DNA of 64,000 bases, taken from IMG/VR virus record IMGVR_UViG_3300037047_000246. One strand, given 5' to 3'. The position numbers and the translations under genes were made by a program. This document shows positions 17,847 through 26,678 of the stretch, in pieces. The stretch is from a virus (Duplodnaviria; Caudoviricetes). Position 1 is the first letter of the stretch. Each line of letters starts with the position of its first letter. A model generated the notes under the pieces. It worked only from the letters and a program-made list of their open reading frames with translations. It was not told the DNA's origin and did not search any database.

Positions 17847-18188
17847 ATGGCGAGAAAAGGTTCCGAAGGAGAAGCGGTCGGCACTGTGTTGGACGTGATG
17901 GAAATCACCGGCGTGCTTCGCGGCAAGTCGTTCAGCATCACCGGACATCTGGGTTTGCCGCGCGACCAGGTGGTGGCCATCATTGAAAGGGCCGGGGGCA
18001 CGTTCCACAAGACTCCGACATACGGCACGACGTACCTGGTGACGAACCTCGATTGGAACGAGGGGTCCACTGTGGCGTCGGGCACGTCGCGCAAGTTGAT
18101 CAAGGCCCGCGAGATGGGCATCAAGATCTTGTCGGAAAAGCAGCTGCACGACATGATCACGGAGCTGGCCGAAGCGGACAGCAAATGA
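17847..18188 (+). CDS. stand-alone BRCT-domain protein
   Basis: LRGKSFSITG..RD..IERAGG..TTYLV..SRKLIKAREMGIKILSE, like the NAD-ligase C-terminal BRCT. Confidence 0.85.
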   Translation: MARKGSEGEAVGTVLDVMEITGVLRGKSFSITGHLGLPRDQVVAIIERAGGTFHKTPTYGTTYLVTNLDWNEGSTVASGTSRKLIKAREMGIKILSEKQLHDMITELAEADSK

Positions 18189-18376
18189 AGCGCTTCCCCG
18201 GCATGCGGTGCGAATTCAAGTCGTGCCAAAGAGAGGTGGTGCAGTTTTTGCAGACTTGGGCGGACACCCTGGTGTGCAGGTGCGAAGTGCACAGCATACC
18301 TTTCCTAAATATGCGCCGAGACATCAAAGAGATTGACCTGCAGCAAGCTCAAGTGCTAGACGTGCACAGCAAGTGA
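18185..18376 (+). CDS. small Cys/His putative Zn-binding protein, tag (..QAQVLDVHSK)
   Basis: CEFKSC..CRCEVH; ATGA overlap. Confidence 0.75.
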   Translation: MKRFPGMRCEFKSCQREVVQFLQTWADTLVCRCEVHSIPFLNMRRDIKEIDLQQAQVLDVHSK

Positions 18377-18386
18377 GGGTGACTCG

Positions 18387-19133
18387 ATGGTTGGCAGATT
18401 TGTGGTGGACAACAACTCTGATCCGGCGGAAGCAAAGCAAGTTTTGCGCCAGCTCCGCCGCACAGTCCGGTTGGGCAAGATAGCGGAGCGCGCTCTGAAG
18501 TCTTTGGAGGAGAGAGGATCTTTCGACAGCAGGGTCGTCGTGCTGCACAGGGAATATGGCTACTACTGCGCTGCTGTGCGAAAGTTGTCTGCTTACAGAC
18601 CCTTCAGTCGGGACGACGTGCCCGGTTGGCCTGAGCTGACTGTGGTGTGCGGCAAGAAGACCATAGGGTCCCACGGCGGCTCCCGATTCGACCAAGTGTC
18701 TTTGTGGCTGCTTGGCACAGGGTTTGCGCCGCGCCGCCATATCAAGCCGGTCGACCAGTGGGAGCAGGTGACCCTGCGCAAAGGCGTGCCGGGAGCGAGG
18801 CTCGGCACATGTCGCATGAAGGCGAACGGCGAAGTGACGTTTGTCGTGTCGTCGTCTCTAGAAGAGACGACGAACTGCGTGATACGCATCAGCCGGAATC
18901 CAGGCGCTTCTGCCAAGTCCTTGGCAGAAGCGCAGCGCTTTGCGCGCGTCGTGGCGGCATGCTTGGTGGATGTCGGCCGCCCCCACGAACTGGAGCTGTT
19001 CAAAAAGTGTCCGCAGTACTTGACGGACCTGCGGCGCGCTGCGCCTGACTGGCTCATTGAAGACGGACACGTCCACCGGATGTTCAACGACATTCTGGAC
19101 GCTGTTGCAGTTGTTCGAGTGATGGAGGCGTGA
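18387..19133 (+). CDS. hypothetical, tag (..AVAVVRVMEA)
   Basis: GAGGGTG SD; tag. Confidence 0.8.
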   Translation: MVGRFVVDNNSDPAEAKQVLRQLRRTVRLGKIAERALKSLEERGSFDSRVVVLHREYGYYCAAVRKLSAYRPFSRDDVPGWPELTVVCGKKTIGSHGGSRFDQVSLWLLGTGFAPRRHIKPVDQWEQVTLRKGVPGARLGTCRMKANGEVTFVVSSSLEETTNCVIRISRNPGASAKSLAEAQRFARVVAACLVDVGRPHELELFKKCPQYLTDLRRAAPDWLIEDGHVHRMFNDILDAVAVVRVMEA

Positions 19134-19515
19134 GCATGATCGAATTCAAATCGGCCGGGGCGACGAGGTCTGGCAAGCGGGTGCAGGCGCACTTCAAAGT
19201 GGACGGCCAAACCCGGTGCTGGACTTTGACGCCGACGCTCGCCGAGCAGTTCAAAAAGCAGTTCGATAGAGGCGGCACATCGAGAGACATCACCGTGTAC
19301 CAAATGTTGGCGAGCATGATCGGAGGCGACACGATCAGGCTGCGCCAGACCGCGCAGGAGCGCAAGATGCAGCATCGCGTGCAGCGCTGCGGCTGTCCGA
19401 GGCCGACAGCGCGCTGGTCGCATGGACGAGGCAGGCGCTGCAGTTTGGCATGAGCGATGCCAGGCTGCGCGAGATCTTCGAAGAAGCGATCGTGCAAAAC
19501 ACGCACGAGTCGTGA
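19130..19515 (+). pseudogene. hypothetical, -1 frameshift near 19378, tagged end (..EAIVQNTHES)
   Basis: RKMQH|RAALRLSEADSALVAWTRQALQFGMSDARLREIFEEAIVQNTHES*. Confidence 0.65.
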
Positions 19516-19517
19516 AT

Positions 19518-19561
19518 GCGGATGAGGGCGGATCGATTTGACTCAATCCGCCCTCATCCGC
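19518..19561. terminator. 16-bp perfect stem at convergence of + and - blocks
   Basis: GCGGATGAGGGCGGAT-N12-ATCCGCCCTCATCCGC. Confidence 0.7.
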
Positions 19562-19690
19562 TCCCAGTTTAATTGGAGGACTTCTGCCTCACATATTAAA
19601 TTGGCTACTGCGCGGAATGTCGGGCCATCGTCCGCGCCATCTCGCCCGGCCAGGTGTTCCTATTAGCTACTGTCTAGACGCATGTTGGCC

Positions 19691-20056
19691 TCACATTCCG
19701 TGGATGCTTTTGACAAGATCTTTGCGCAAAAACTGTACAATGAGAGATGCAGCGCGTCTCGGGGATGCGGTTTGGTGTAGCGCGAACTCTGTCGTGAAAA
19801 AAGCCGGAGTGCCCGTCACGACAGTGGCCGTGACCGTAGAGTGGCGGAGCTGGGACTTGAAGAATGACATTTCGGCCACGCGGCATCCGCCAAAGCTCAC
19901 CGACTCCCGGTAAAAGAATACGCCTGCTGCGCGCGATTCGAGCGGCGTCATGGCGAGCTCGTAACCTTCTTTCTTGAGTCTGGCCGCAACGACAGCATGC
20001 GCTTCTCTGGCGAGAATCTCGAAAGCTCTGCTGCGATTGCTAGACAACGCTCTCAA
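19691..20056 (-). CDS. hypothetical, tag variant (..KDLVKSIHGM)
   Basis: TTG start overlapping upstream stop. Confidence 0.55.
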   Translation of the reverse strand: MRALSSNRSRAFEILAREAHAVVAARLKKEGYELAMTPLESRAAGVFFYRESVSFGGCRVAEMSFFKSQLRHSTVTATVVTGTPAFFTTEFALHQTASPRRAASLIVQFLRKDLVKSIHGM

Positions 20057-20406
20057 AATCTGTTGGCCCTTCTTGAGCGGCGCTTGCGCGGGATCGGAGC
20101 GGCTGCTGCTTCAAGCGGCATGACGCCGAAGTGCTCGATTTCCGCGGCCAGCGGATTGGTGTCGCCGGCGCGGCAGTCGAACAGCACCGTGGCGCAGTCG
20201 GCCCGGCCTCCAGCCCGGTCCCGCTTGAGCACAAGCACAATGCCGTCGACCAGCGCCTGGTCGTCTCCCGCAGCCGTTCGCTCTCGAAGAGGGATGGCCT
20301 CGGCGGCCAGGCGCTCCAGCTCCTGCAAAGCCTGCATGCGAGAAGCGCCAGGCATGCGCCGCTCGATGAACCTGTCGACTGCGTGCTCTGTGAAACGGAT
20401 CTTCAT
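20053..20406 (-). CDS. small protein with FTEHAVDRFIER motif (RelE-like fold candidate)
   Basis: N-terminal motif resemblance only. Confidence 0.55.
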   Translation of the reverse strand: MKIRFTEHAVDRFIERRMPGASRMQALQELERLAAEAIPLRERTAAGDDQALVDGIVLVLKRDRAGGRADCATVLFDCRAGDTNPLAAEIEHFGVMPLEAAAAPIPRKRRSRRANRF

Positions 20407-20444
20407 AGCATCCTCAGCTTGTATTCCATCCCCAACACCAAACT

Positions 20445-21416
20445 TTACTTCTTGTGTTTGGCCGCCCACTCCTCAAGCGTCGGGATCTTGACGGGACCGC
20501 TGTTGGTCTTGATAGCTTCGTGCGAGTAGTGCTCCATCAGCACGCGCCACAGAGCGACGCGCGCTGCTGGGTGCTTGGGAACGATCCAACCTTTCTCAAC
20601 GCGATCGAAGAAGGCGCGGGGGATGGCGCCGCAGGCTCGCCCGAACTCTCGGGTCCAGCTGGCGCGCTTGATCCAGACATGGTGGTTGCCCGCATGCAGC
20701 TTGGAATCTTTGATCTGACCAATGACCAGCGAATTCCGCAGGGTATTGGCGAGACGCCCGTATCCGAGCATCTCAATAGCATTGCAACAGGCCGGGTGCA
20801 CCGGCGATTTGCGATTCAGAGCTGCGATGCGCACCAGGCCGTTCATCAGACCGCGCAGGCCAAACGGCTTGTAATGCTCTATCAGAAATTCGACCAGAGC
20901 CGGGTACTCCGCGAGCTCGATCATTGCACCCATTTCGTCAGAGTCTATGGGATCCTCGGCATATCCCTTGCCGGCGCAGTCCGGTCCCAAACATCGCTGG
21001 ATGCTCAGTGCATCGGTCAGCGGCATGCCGCAACTGATGCACTTCTCCGCGATGCCGTTCAGCACCATCGTGCCGTGCACCATCTTCTCGGTCGAGATGG
21101 CCCCGACGATCGCCTTGGACAGCTCCAGGCGGCGGGCCTTCTGCTCCGCGGTCTCGGCCTGAGCGGCCGGGGCGGCCTGAACGGCGGGGGCTTCGACTTC
21201 GGGGGCGGACTCGGCCTGAATGGCCGCGCGCTCCTGCCTGTCGAAGTCCTTCTCGAGCTGCACGGCCTGCTCCTCGCGGCCCTCTTCGGCTGCTGCAGCA
21301 GCCTCTTCGGCTTGGGCGATCTCGGCCAGGTCAGAAGAGGCTGGGGGCGGCTCGCTCGCTGGCTCGCTCGCGCCAGAAATGAGTGCATCCAACTGCGCCA
21401 AGAAACTGTTCGACAT
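20445..21416 (-). CDS. DUF6011-like Zn-motif protein with acidic N-terminus
   Basis: CISCGMPLTDALSIQRCLGPDC. Confidence 0.7.
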   Translation of the reverse strand: MSNSFLAQLDALISGASEPASEPPPASSDLAEIAQAEEAAAAAEEGREEQAVQLEKDFDRQERAAIQAESAPEVEAPAVQAAPAAQAETAEQKARRLELSKAIVGAISTEKMVHGTMVLNGIAEKCISCGMPLTDALSIQRCLGPDCAGKGYAEDPIDSDEMGAMIELAEYPALVEFLIEHYKPFGLRGLMNGLVRIAALNRKSPVHPACCNAIEMLGYGRLANTLRNSLVIGQIKDSKLHAGNHHVWIKRASWTREFGRACGAIPRAFFDRVEKGWIVPKHPAARVALWRVLMEHYSHEAIKTNSGPVKIPTLEEWAAKHKK

Positions 21417-21420
21417 GCTG

Positions 21421-21473
21421 TCACCTCCGCTCCTCGGTACGCGCACAGCGCGCACACTTACGATTTCGTTCCA
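21421..21473 (-). promoter_or_regulatory. bipartite promoter-like element
   Basis: TGGAAC-N26-CGTACCG...GGAGGTGA. Confidence 0.65.
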
Positions 21474-21569
21474 CTCGCGGTCCTGCTCTGCTATGACCTG
21501 CTGCTTGATGGCTCCCATACGGTCACCTACTGCAAATGTGCCGGGATTTACAGAGTTCAGCAGTTTGCG

Positions 21570-21797
21570 CTATTCGTCTTGCACCGCTTCCACCATGACT
21601 TCGTTCCAGGCCTCTGCAATTGCAGCACTAACAGCCTGTTCAAGGCTACGTCGGTCTGTTTCACGAAGCACGCCAAGTTTCGTCATCATCTTCTTCGTCA
21701 CACTTTTCAAATGTTCGGCAATGGCTGCAGATATAGCAAGGCCTCTGAGTTCAGACCATTTGCGAAGAATTTCCTGCATCCGCCGCACGCCTATCAC
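21570..21797 (-). CDS. hypothetical, tag (..EVMVEAVQDE); 5' part possibly decayed
   Basis: tag; start uncertain. Confidence 0.55.
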   Translation of the reverse strand: MIGVRRMQEILRKWSELRGLAISAAIAEHLKSVTKKMMTKLGVLRETDRRSLEQAVSAAIAEAWNEVMVEAVQDE

Positions 21798-21814
21798 TTC
21801 CTTGCAAGCCGCAT

Positions 21815-22292
21815 CTATCGCTTCATTAAATCTGCCCCCTTATCATGATCGTCAAACCACCATTGCTGCGACAAGCAACTCTCTAAAATCTTTCCATGAC
21901 GCCATTTTTCCTCTGCCACAGTCCGCACCGCACGAACAACGTCTTTCTCGTCAATCGAGTACCAGCTAAGCTCCCTGCTGTTGTGTCTCAAAATGTTCAT
22001 GTGTGGCTCGTCGTCAAGTTTGACTGTGATCCCCCCATGCGTCAATGTTGGCAGACACGGCTTCATACCGAAGCCGCAGGTCACCCTCCTTGGCACTCTT
22101 CAGGACGCTAGCCAAGTTCCTTTTATAAGACGCCTTATTTGCAGCTGCCTTTGCAGCCTCCATCTGTTCAACTCGCACCGAGCGAACTTCATCATTCATC
22201 TTTTTCATCAGACGTTTGACTGTCGAAGCAGGGAGGCCTTTTTGTTTGCACAACCGTTCCAATTCTTGCGTCAAACACATATCGTCTCTCAT
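21815..22292 (-). pseudogene. hypothetical, +1 frameshift in C6 run 22031-22036
   Basis: NIDAWG|ITVKLDDE joins two ORF-track entries. Confidence 0.55.
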
Positions 22293-22465
22293 GAATCTTG
22301 CACCATCTGCACCGCGATTTCGCGAACTCGGTCACTTATCTCTTCCGGCGACAGGCCGAGCTTCAACAGAGTTTCCACGCCTGTACGAAGGGACTGTTCC
22401 GCAAGCTCTTTGGCGAGTTTCAGATTCCAATCAGGATCTCCGCCTTGTTTGTCACCTTTCGACAT
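22289..22465 (-). CDS. 58-aa protein, extended tag (..LGLSPEEISDRVREIAVQMVQDS)
   Basis: GGAGTGA SD before MSKGDK. Confidence 0.7.
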   Translation of the reverse strand: MSKGDKQGGDPDWNLKLAKELAEQSLRTGVETLLKLGLSPEEISDRVREIAVQMVQDS

Positions 22466-22497
22466 TCGGTCACTCCACGTTCCAAGGTTTACGCAAA

Positions 22498-22734
22498 TCA
22501 GTCTGTCTGCACGCGGTGCACTATTCACTCTTCGAACGAAATTTCCGATATGCCAAGCAGTGCAAATTGTGGCGAGTGGTACTCGCAGCGCGCCAGCGTT
22601 TCCCCGTCTGCGCGAAGGAAGAAGTGCGCTGCGAATTTTTCGCACTGTTTTAATGGTGAAGGGCTGAGCCCAACATACACGAGACAAAATGCTTCGCACT
22701 GCACGCGGCCAAGAGCTGTCGCCCGGTCACACAT
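22498..22734 (-). pseudogene. small Cys/His Zn family gene with internal TGA (22525-22527) inside tag
   Basis: ..CEKFAAHF..RCEYH..ISFEE*IVHRVQTD*. Confidence 0.65.
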
Positions 22735-23176
22735 CCTGCACTGCCTCAACCAGCACCTCTTTGCACATAACGGCGAGCTCCTGCTCCAGGGAGTCCAACG
22801 TCTCGCCGCGCCTGACCAGGTCGACCAGGAGGGGTCGAAGCTTGCGGATGCACGCTCGGACTCGGATCTTGGTGTTGGTCAACTCGCGTTTCGGCAACCC
22901 AGCGAACCCTTGCGCAATCGCTGCCTCGAGCCGGTCCAGGTCTTCGGCCGGCAGCTCGCAGCACGAAATGTGTCCCACGGATGCCATCGCCGATCTCGTA
23001 GAGGCTAAAAACCAGCTTCCTTCTTCATGCTGCACGATGTGCGAATGCTCATCGCGATTAAATTGACCTTCGTAGTATCGAAGTTGTTTTGCTGCTCCAT
23101 TGTAGCTTACCGAGATCATGACTCTTGGTAAGCTCCTTTTCAGGGCAGACGTCCGCGGCTTCCCAATTTCAATCAC
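22727..23176 (-). CDS. hypothetical, extended tag (..SLEQELAVMCKEVLVEAVQDV)
   Basis: GTGA overlap start; tag. Confidence 0.75.
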   Translation of the reverse strand: MIEIGKPRTSALKRSLPRVMISVSYNGAAKQLRYYEGQFNRDEHSHIVQHEEGSWFLASTRSAMASVGHISCCELPAEDLDRLEAAIAQGFAGLPKRELTNTKIRVRACIRKLRPLLVDLVRRGETLDSLEQELAVMCKEVLVEAVQDV

Positions 23177-23511
23177 GGCACTTTCTCCAGAGGCACGATC
23201 CGCGCCGGGTTGCTGCGGCTGTCGATGTAGCGCTGCAGCTGCTGGGTGCAAATTGCGCACAGCGCCTTCAGGCGCCCGTCTTGGGTGTGCATAGGCTTCC
23301 CATCTTTGTCGACGAGCATCTGCGTGGCTTCGACCGGATGCGCTTCGAGCCAAGCCCGCCTGAACTTCTCGAGCTGAAAGCCGCGCAGCTTTGCGGTGCG
23401 ATTCTGGCAAATTGCTTTGCCCTCGCGGGCGAGAGTCGTGACGTAGACTTTGTCGAGGTGCAGATGTAAATGGCTGTAGCAATTCATATCAGTCGCCTCC
23501 GCCGTCGACAT
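23173..23511 (-). CDS. hypothetical with CAIC
   Basis: follows vWA gene in the same block. Confidence 0.65.
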   Translation of the reverse strand: MSTAEATDMNCYSHLHLHLDKVYVTTLAREGKAICQNRTAKLRGFQLEKFRRAWLEAHPVEATQMLVDKDGKPMHTQDGRLKALCAICTQQLQRYIDSRSNPARIVPLEKVP

Positions 23512-23534
23512 GTGTATGTTCGAGAATGTTCGAG

Positions 23535-25115
23535 CTAAGGCCGATCATGCCGCAAAGGCGCCACACGGCCAAACGCGGGCTTGAATCCGGTGTTGTTCCG
23601 GGTCAGCACCCACACCACGTCGATCCCGCGCGGGCGCAGCTCCAAGGGCACCACGCCGCAGTCGCCGTCAGTCAGGACGATGATGACGTCGAATTCGGTC
23701 CCCAGATGCTTCGGGAAATCCCGAAAAAACTCATCGAATACTGTTCCTCCGCGACCCACCACTTTGGTGCGTTTCAGGTCGGTGGCCTTCTCGACCTTGT
23801 GGACCCCGGCCCAATGTGGTTGGGCGTCGCAGGGGATGACGTACCCTTCGGTATTGCTGCCCAGCACCTGCAGCTGAGAAATCCCGTAAGCCATGTCGTC
23901 GTCGCCCATGGATCCGGAAGTGTCCAGCATCGCCAGCCACCTGGGCTTGTGGGTGTAGCGCTTCGGCAGGTACTGCCGGGGCGTGGTTTGCAGGTACCGG
24001 CGGCGCAGCCGATGCCAATCGTTGTTGAGGCCCGCGTCCTGCACCTTCTTGAGCAGAGCCGACCTCACGATGTCGGTGAACTTCAGTGTCGGCTTCTTGA
24101 GCTCGCCGAGCATTCCCTCGATCTCGGAGGGCACGGTCCCCCTCATCTGGGCGGATTGCTCGGCTGCGCGCATCAGGTCCGCTTGAACCTCTTGCTGCGT
24201 CATGTCTGTCTCGATGTGCGAGTCCATGCCGCCCAATCTGTCGAAGGGGCTGCCGCATGTGTCGCAATGATCTCCGCCGCATCCGCCGCACCCCTGCCCT
24301 GGATTTTGACCGGGCTGGCCCTGGCCGGGCTGGCCCTGACCGGACTGCTTCTGGCCCTGGCCGGGCTGGCCCTGACCGGACTGCTTCTTCTGCCCCTTGG
24401 GGCCCATCGACAGGCTGCCGCAAGACGGGCACTTGCGCGGCGACTTGTTCCAGTGGTCGATGATTTCGTCGTAGATGCTCTCGGGCGACCGGCCGTGCAG
24501 CGATTTGTCGGCGAAGCAGAACTCGTCCTTGGGCAGCTCCTTGGTGCCGTCGATGTAGGCCAGAAACTCTCCGAGCAACATCGGCTGGCCGATGTTGCCG
24601 CCGAACAGCGTCCCCTTGCGGCCGGTCTTCTCCTGGTCGGACAGGATGCACGCGTTGACCACGTAGTCGACAGCGATGTTCCAGACCTTGGATTGCTTGT
24701 CGCGGCCCCGCTTCGGGTGGAAGAACACCACGTGGTAGCCTTCGTGCTGCATCACCGTTGCGATCTCGTCCGGGGTCAGCGTCGCCAGGAACACCGGGTT
24801 CCAGTAGTACTTGCGGCCATCGGTGGCGGCCGTGTCGACGGTCTGGCCGCCGAGCTTGATCACAAGCTCGTGGCACTTCGGGGCGGACAGGGCGAACAAA
24901 AACGGGTTGCCTCCGTTTTCAGGCTTCTTGAACAGCCTGGTCATGCAGGACGTGACCTTCTCCTGCAAATCGTGCAGGCGCACGCCCTTGAACGCCTTGC
25001 GCATCTTCTCGAGCTTGTCTTTGGGGAACTTGTCGTCCTTCTCGAGAGCGTCCAGCCAAAGGACGGCCTCCTTCTCCATCACGTCGCGCGGGTCGGACAA
25101 ACGGGAACCGATCAT
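23535..25115 (-). CDS. metallopeptidase-like + vWA protein (DUF2201-type MoxR partner)
   Basis: ATDG..YYWN, HEGYH, WNIAVDYVVN, MIDAS DTSGSM, VLTDG; Q/G repeat linker. Confidence 0.88.
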   Translation of the reverse strand: MIGSRLSDPRDVMEKEAVLWLDALEKDDKFPKDKLEKMRKAFKGVRLHDLQEKVTSCMTRLFKKPENGGNPFLFALSAPKCHELVIKLGGQTVDTAATDGRKYYWNPVFLATLTPDEIATVMQHEGYHVVFFHPKRGRDKQSKVWNIAVDYVVNACILSDQEKTGRKGTLFGGNIGQPMLLGEFLAYIDGTKELPKDEFCFADKSLHGRSPESIYDEIIDHWNKSPRKCPSCGSLSMGPKGQKKQSGQGQPGQGQKQSGQGQPGQGQPGQNPGQGCGGCGGDHCDTCGSPFDRLGGMDSHIETDMTQQEVQADLMRAAEQSAQMRGTVPSEIEGMLGELKKPTLKFTDIVRSALLKKVQDAGLNNDWHRLRRRYLQTTPRQYLPKRYTHKPRWLAMLDTSGSMGDDDMAYGISQLQVLGSNTEGYVIPCDAQPHWAGVHKVEKATDLKRTKVVGRGGTVFDEFFRDFPKHLGTEFDVIIVLTDGDCGVVPLELRPRGIDVVWVLTRNNTGFKPAFGRVAPLRHDRP

Positions 25116-25119
25116 GTTG

Positions 25120-25173
25120 TCACCTCCATGCTGCGGTACGCGCCGCAGGGCGCGATCGCCGCTGCGCGTTGAA
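25120..25173 (-). promoter_or_regulatory. CGTAC-class element upstream of vWA gene
   Basis: TTCAAC-N27-CGTACCG...GGAGGTGACAACATG. Confidence 0.6.
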
Positions 25174-25175
25174 TG

Positions 25176-26039
25176 TCATACCTGTAGTTCAATGAGTATC
25201 GCCTGTATGTCATCCACCCCGATAAACCTAAGCAGTTTGATAAGCAGCAAACGGGCTTGTCGCAGATGATGTTCTCTGCGCACAGTTTTTTCACGCTCAG
25301 CTCTGGCCGATGCAATTTTTGCTTTATGATCATCGGACAATCGCTTGCCTAGGTTTGCTGCACTTATCTTCGCACGCATTTCGGTGGTCCACGTCCGGTC
25401 TCGACCGGCTTGAGCAGCTCTTTCTCTGGCCAAAGCAGGCCACCCCGAATTTTTGCGAATAGTCGTCTTCCTGTGCTTGGCCGCCTCACTCATATGCTGC
25501 CTGACCTCAGGCGTATACACGCGCTCTTTGGCAGCTTGACTCATCTTAGTTAGAACGTCGGGTCGCGCACAAACCTCCCGAGAAGCTTCTGCTCTTTTGA
25601 CCTTGGACTCGGATGTGCCGAGCGCCGCTTTGTTTGCAGCCCGAGCCTCTTGAGTATGAAGATGGCTGCGGTCAATTGTCATTTGCTTGGCTCGATACTC
25701 CGGGTCGTCCCAAGGATTTTTGCGAACCGGATGCGGCTTGTGTTGCTCACCCTTAGCCAGATTGAAGCCAAACTCGGGGTTGCGAGTGTCATAAAACTCG
25801 ATCCATTTCTGTTCGGCGGCATTGGCCTCTTCGAGCGTTTCACATACTTCGAGCACTTCGTGCTCGAACGCCTCAGGCCCATACTTCCGGATGGCGTTTG
25901 GGAAATGCCAGCGGCCGCCCCTTGTGGATTTGGCTTGGCAGACATGCTGCGCCCAACGCCGTTCCATTGTGCGTTTGGTCAGTCCAACATACCTGCGTTG
26001 CGACTCCGTGTGTATGTGGCAGTAGACAGTCCAACCCAT
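25176..26039 (-). CDS. GIY-YIG homing endonuclease, paralog of 14941-15864
   Basis: MGWTVYCHIHTESQRRYVGLT..FPNAIRKYG..FGFNL. Confidence 0.85.
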   Translation of the reverse strand: MGWTVYCHIHTESQRRYVGLTKRTMERRWAQHVCQAKSTRGGRWHFPNAIRKYGPEAFEHEVLEVCETLEEANAAEQKWIEFYDTRNPEFGFNLAKGEQHKPHPVRKNPWDDPEYRAKQMTIDRSHLHTQEARAANKAALGTSESKVKRAEASREVCARPDVLTKMSQAAKERVYTPEVRQHMSEAAKHRKTTIRKNSGWPALARERAAQAGRDRTWTTEMRAKISAANLGKRLSDDHKAKIASARAEREKTVRREHHLRQARLLLIKLLRFIGVDDIQAILIELQV

Positions 26040-26062
26040 GCTGGACCGGTTCCATAAACGAA

Positions 26063-26674
26063 CTAAACTTTCATGACTCCTTCCACGAAGCACTCGTCCA
26101 CGATGCGGTGCAGGTCTTCCCTTGTCGCGCCCTTGGCGATGGATGCTTTGAGCGGACCCATCAGGTCTGCCATGTGCAGCTCGAGCGGCGAGACCGATGT
26201 CCTGAGCTTGGCCCGCACATTGGCGGCGAGCACGTCGATTTGCGGGTGGTATTCCAGAGTCGGGTCCTCCCGCAAGACCTTTTCGACAGCCTTCATCATT
26301 CGGCAAGCCGCGTCGCTGCTCCAACTGTGCACGGTGTTGCCTTTGTTCGGCCCGTGCTCCAGCACTCGCCCTTTGCCGAACATCTCGGCGCAGTGCTTCG
26401 GCCAGCCGGCATACAGCAGCGACGCCACCAGCAGCGCCTCCAGGCGCGGCCTGGGGTCGTTTGGATGCCGTGGCGCTAGCGAAAGGACGTTCGTCGACAG
26501 CAAAACCCCGTTTCGCTGCGGATATACGTGCACCACGAACGAGCGGCCTCCTGCGCCCTTCATGGTCAGGCAGTCAGCTTCGAGAAAGTCCCAGGCGGCA
26601 GACCCTTCAATCATTTCGCGGACCGCGGCCTCCGCAGCTTTTCGCTGAGCCACTGTCCGCCCAAGTTCGCTCAT
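26063..26674 (-). CDS. hypothetical, extended tag (..GATREDLHRIVDECFVEGVMKV)
   Basis: GGAGGTGA SD; tag. Confidence 0.8.
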   Translation of the reverse strand: MSELGRTVAQRKAAEAAVREMIEGSAAWDFLEADCLTMKGAGGRSFVVHVYPQRNGVLLSTNVLSLAPRHPNDPRPRLEALLVASLLYAGWPKHCAEMFGKGRVLEHGPNKGNTVHSWSSDAACRMMKAVEKVLREDPTLEYHPQIDVLAANVRAKLRTSVSPLELHMADLMGPLKASIAKGATREDLHRIVDECFVEGVMKV

Positions 26675-26678
26675 GCGG

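Noticed and set aside
14196-22734. Genome-wide TGA-to-Trp recoding
   Set aside because: TGA is the commonest genuine stop (many ATGA/GTGA overlaps), and TGG is used normally for Trp.
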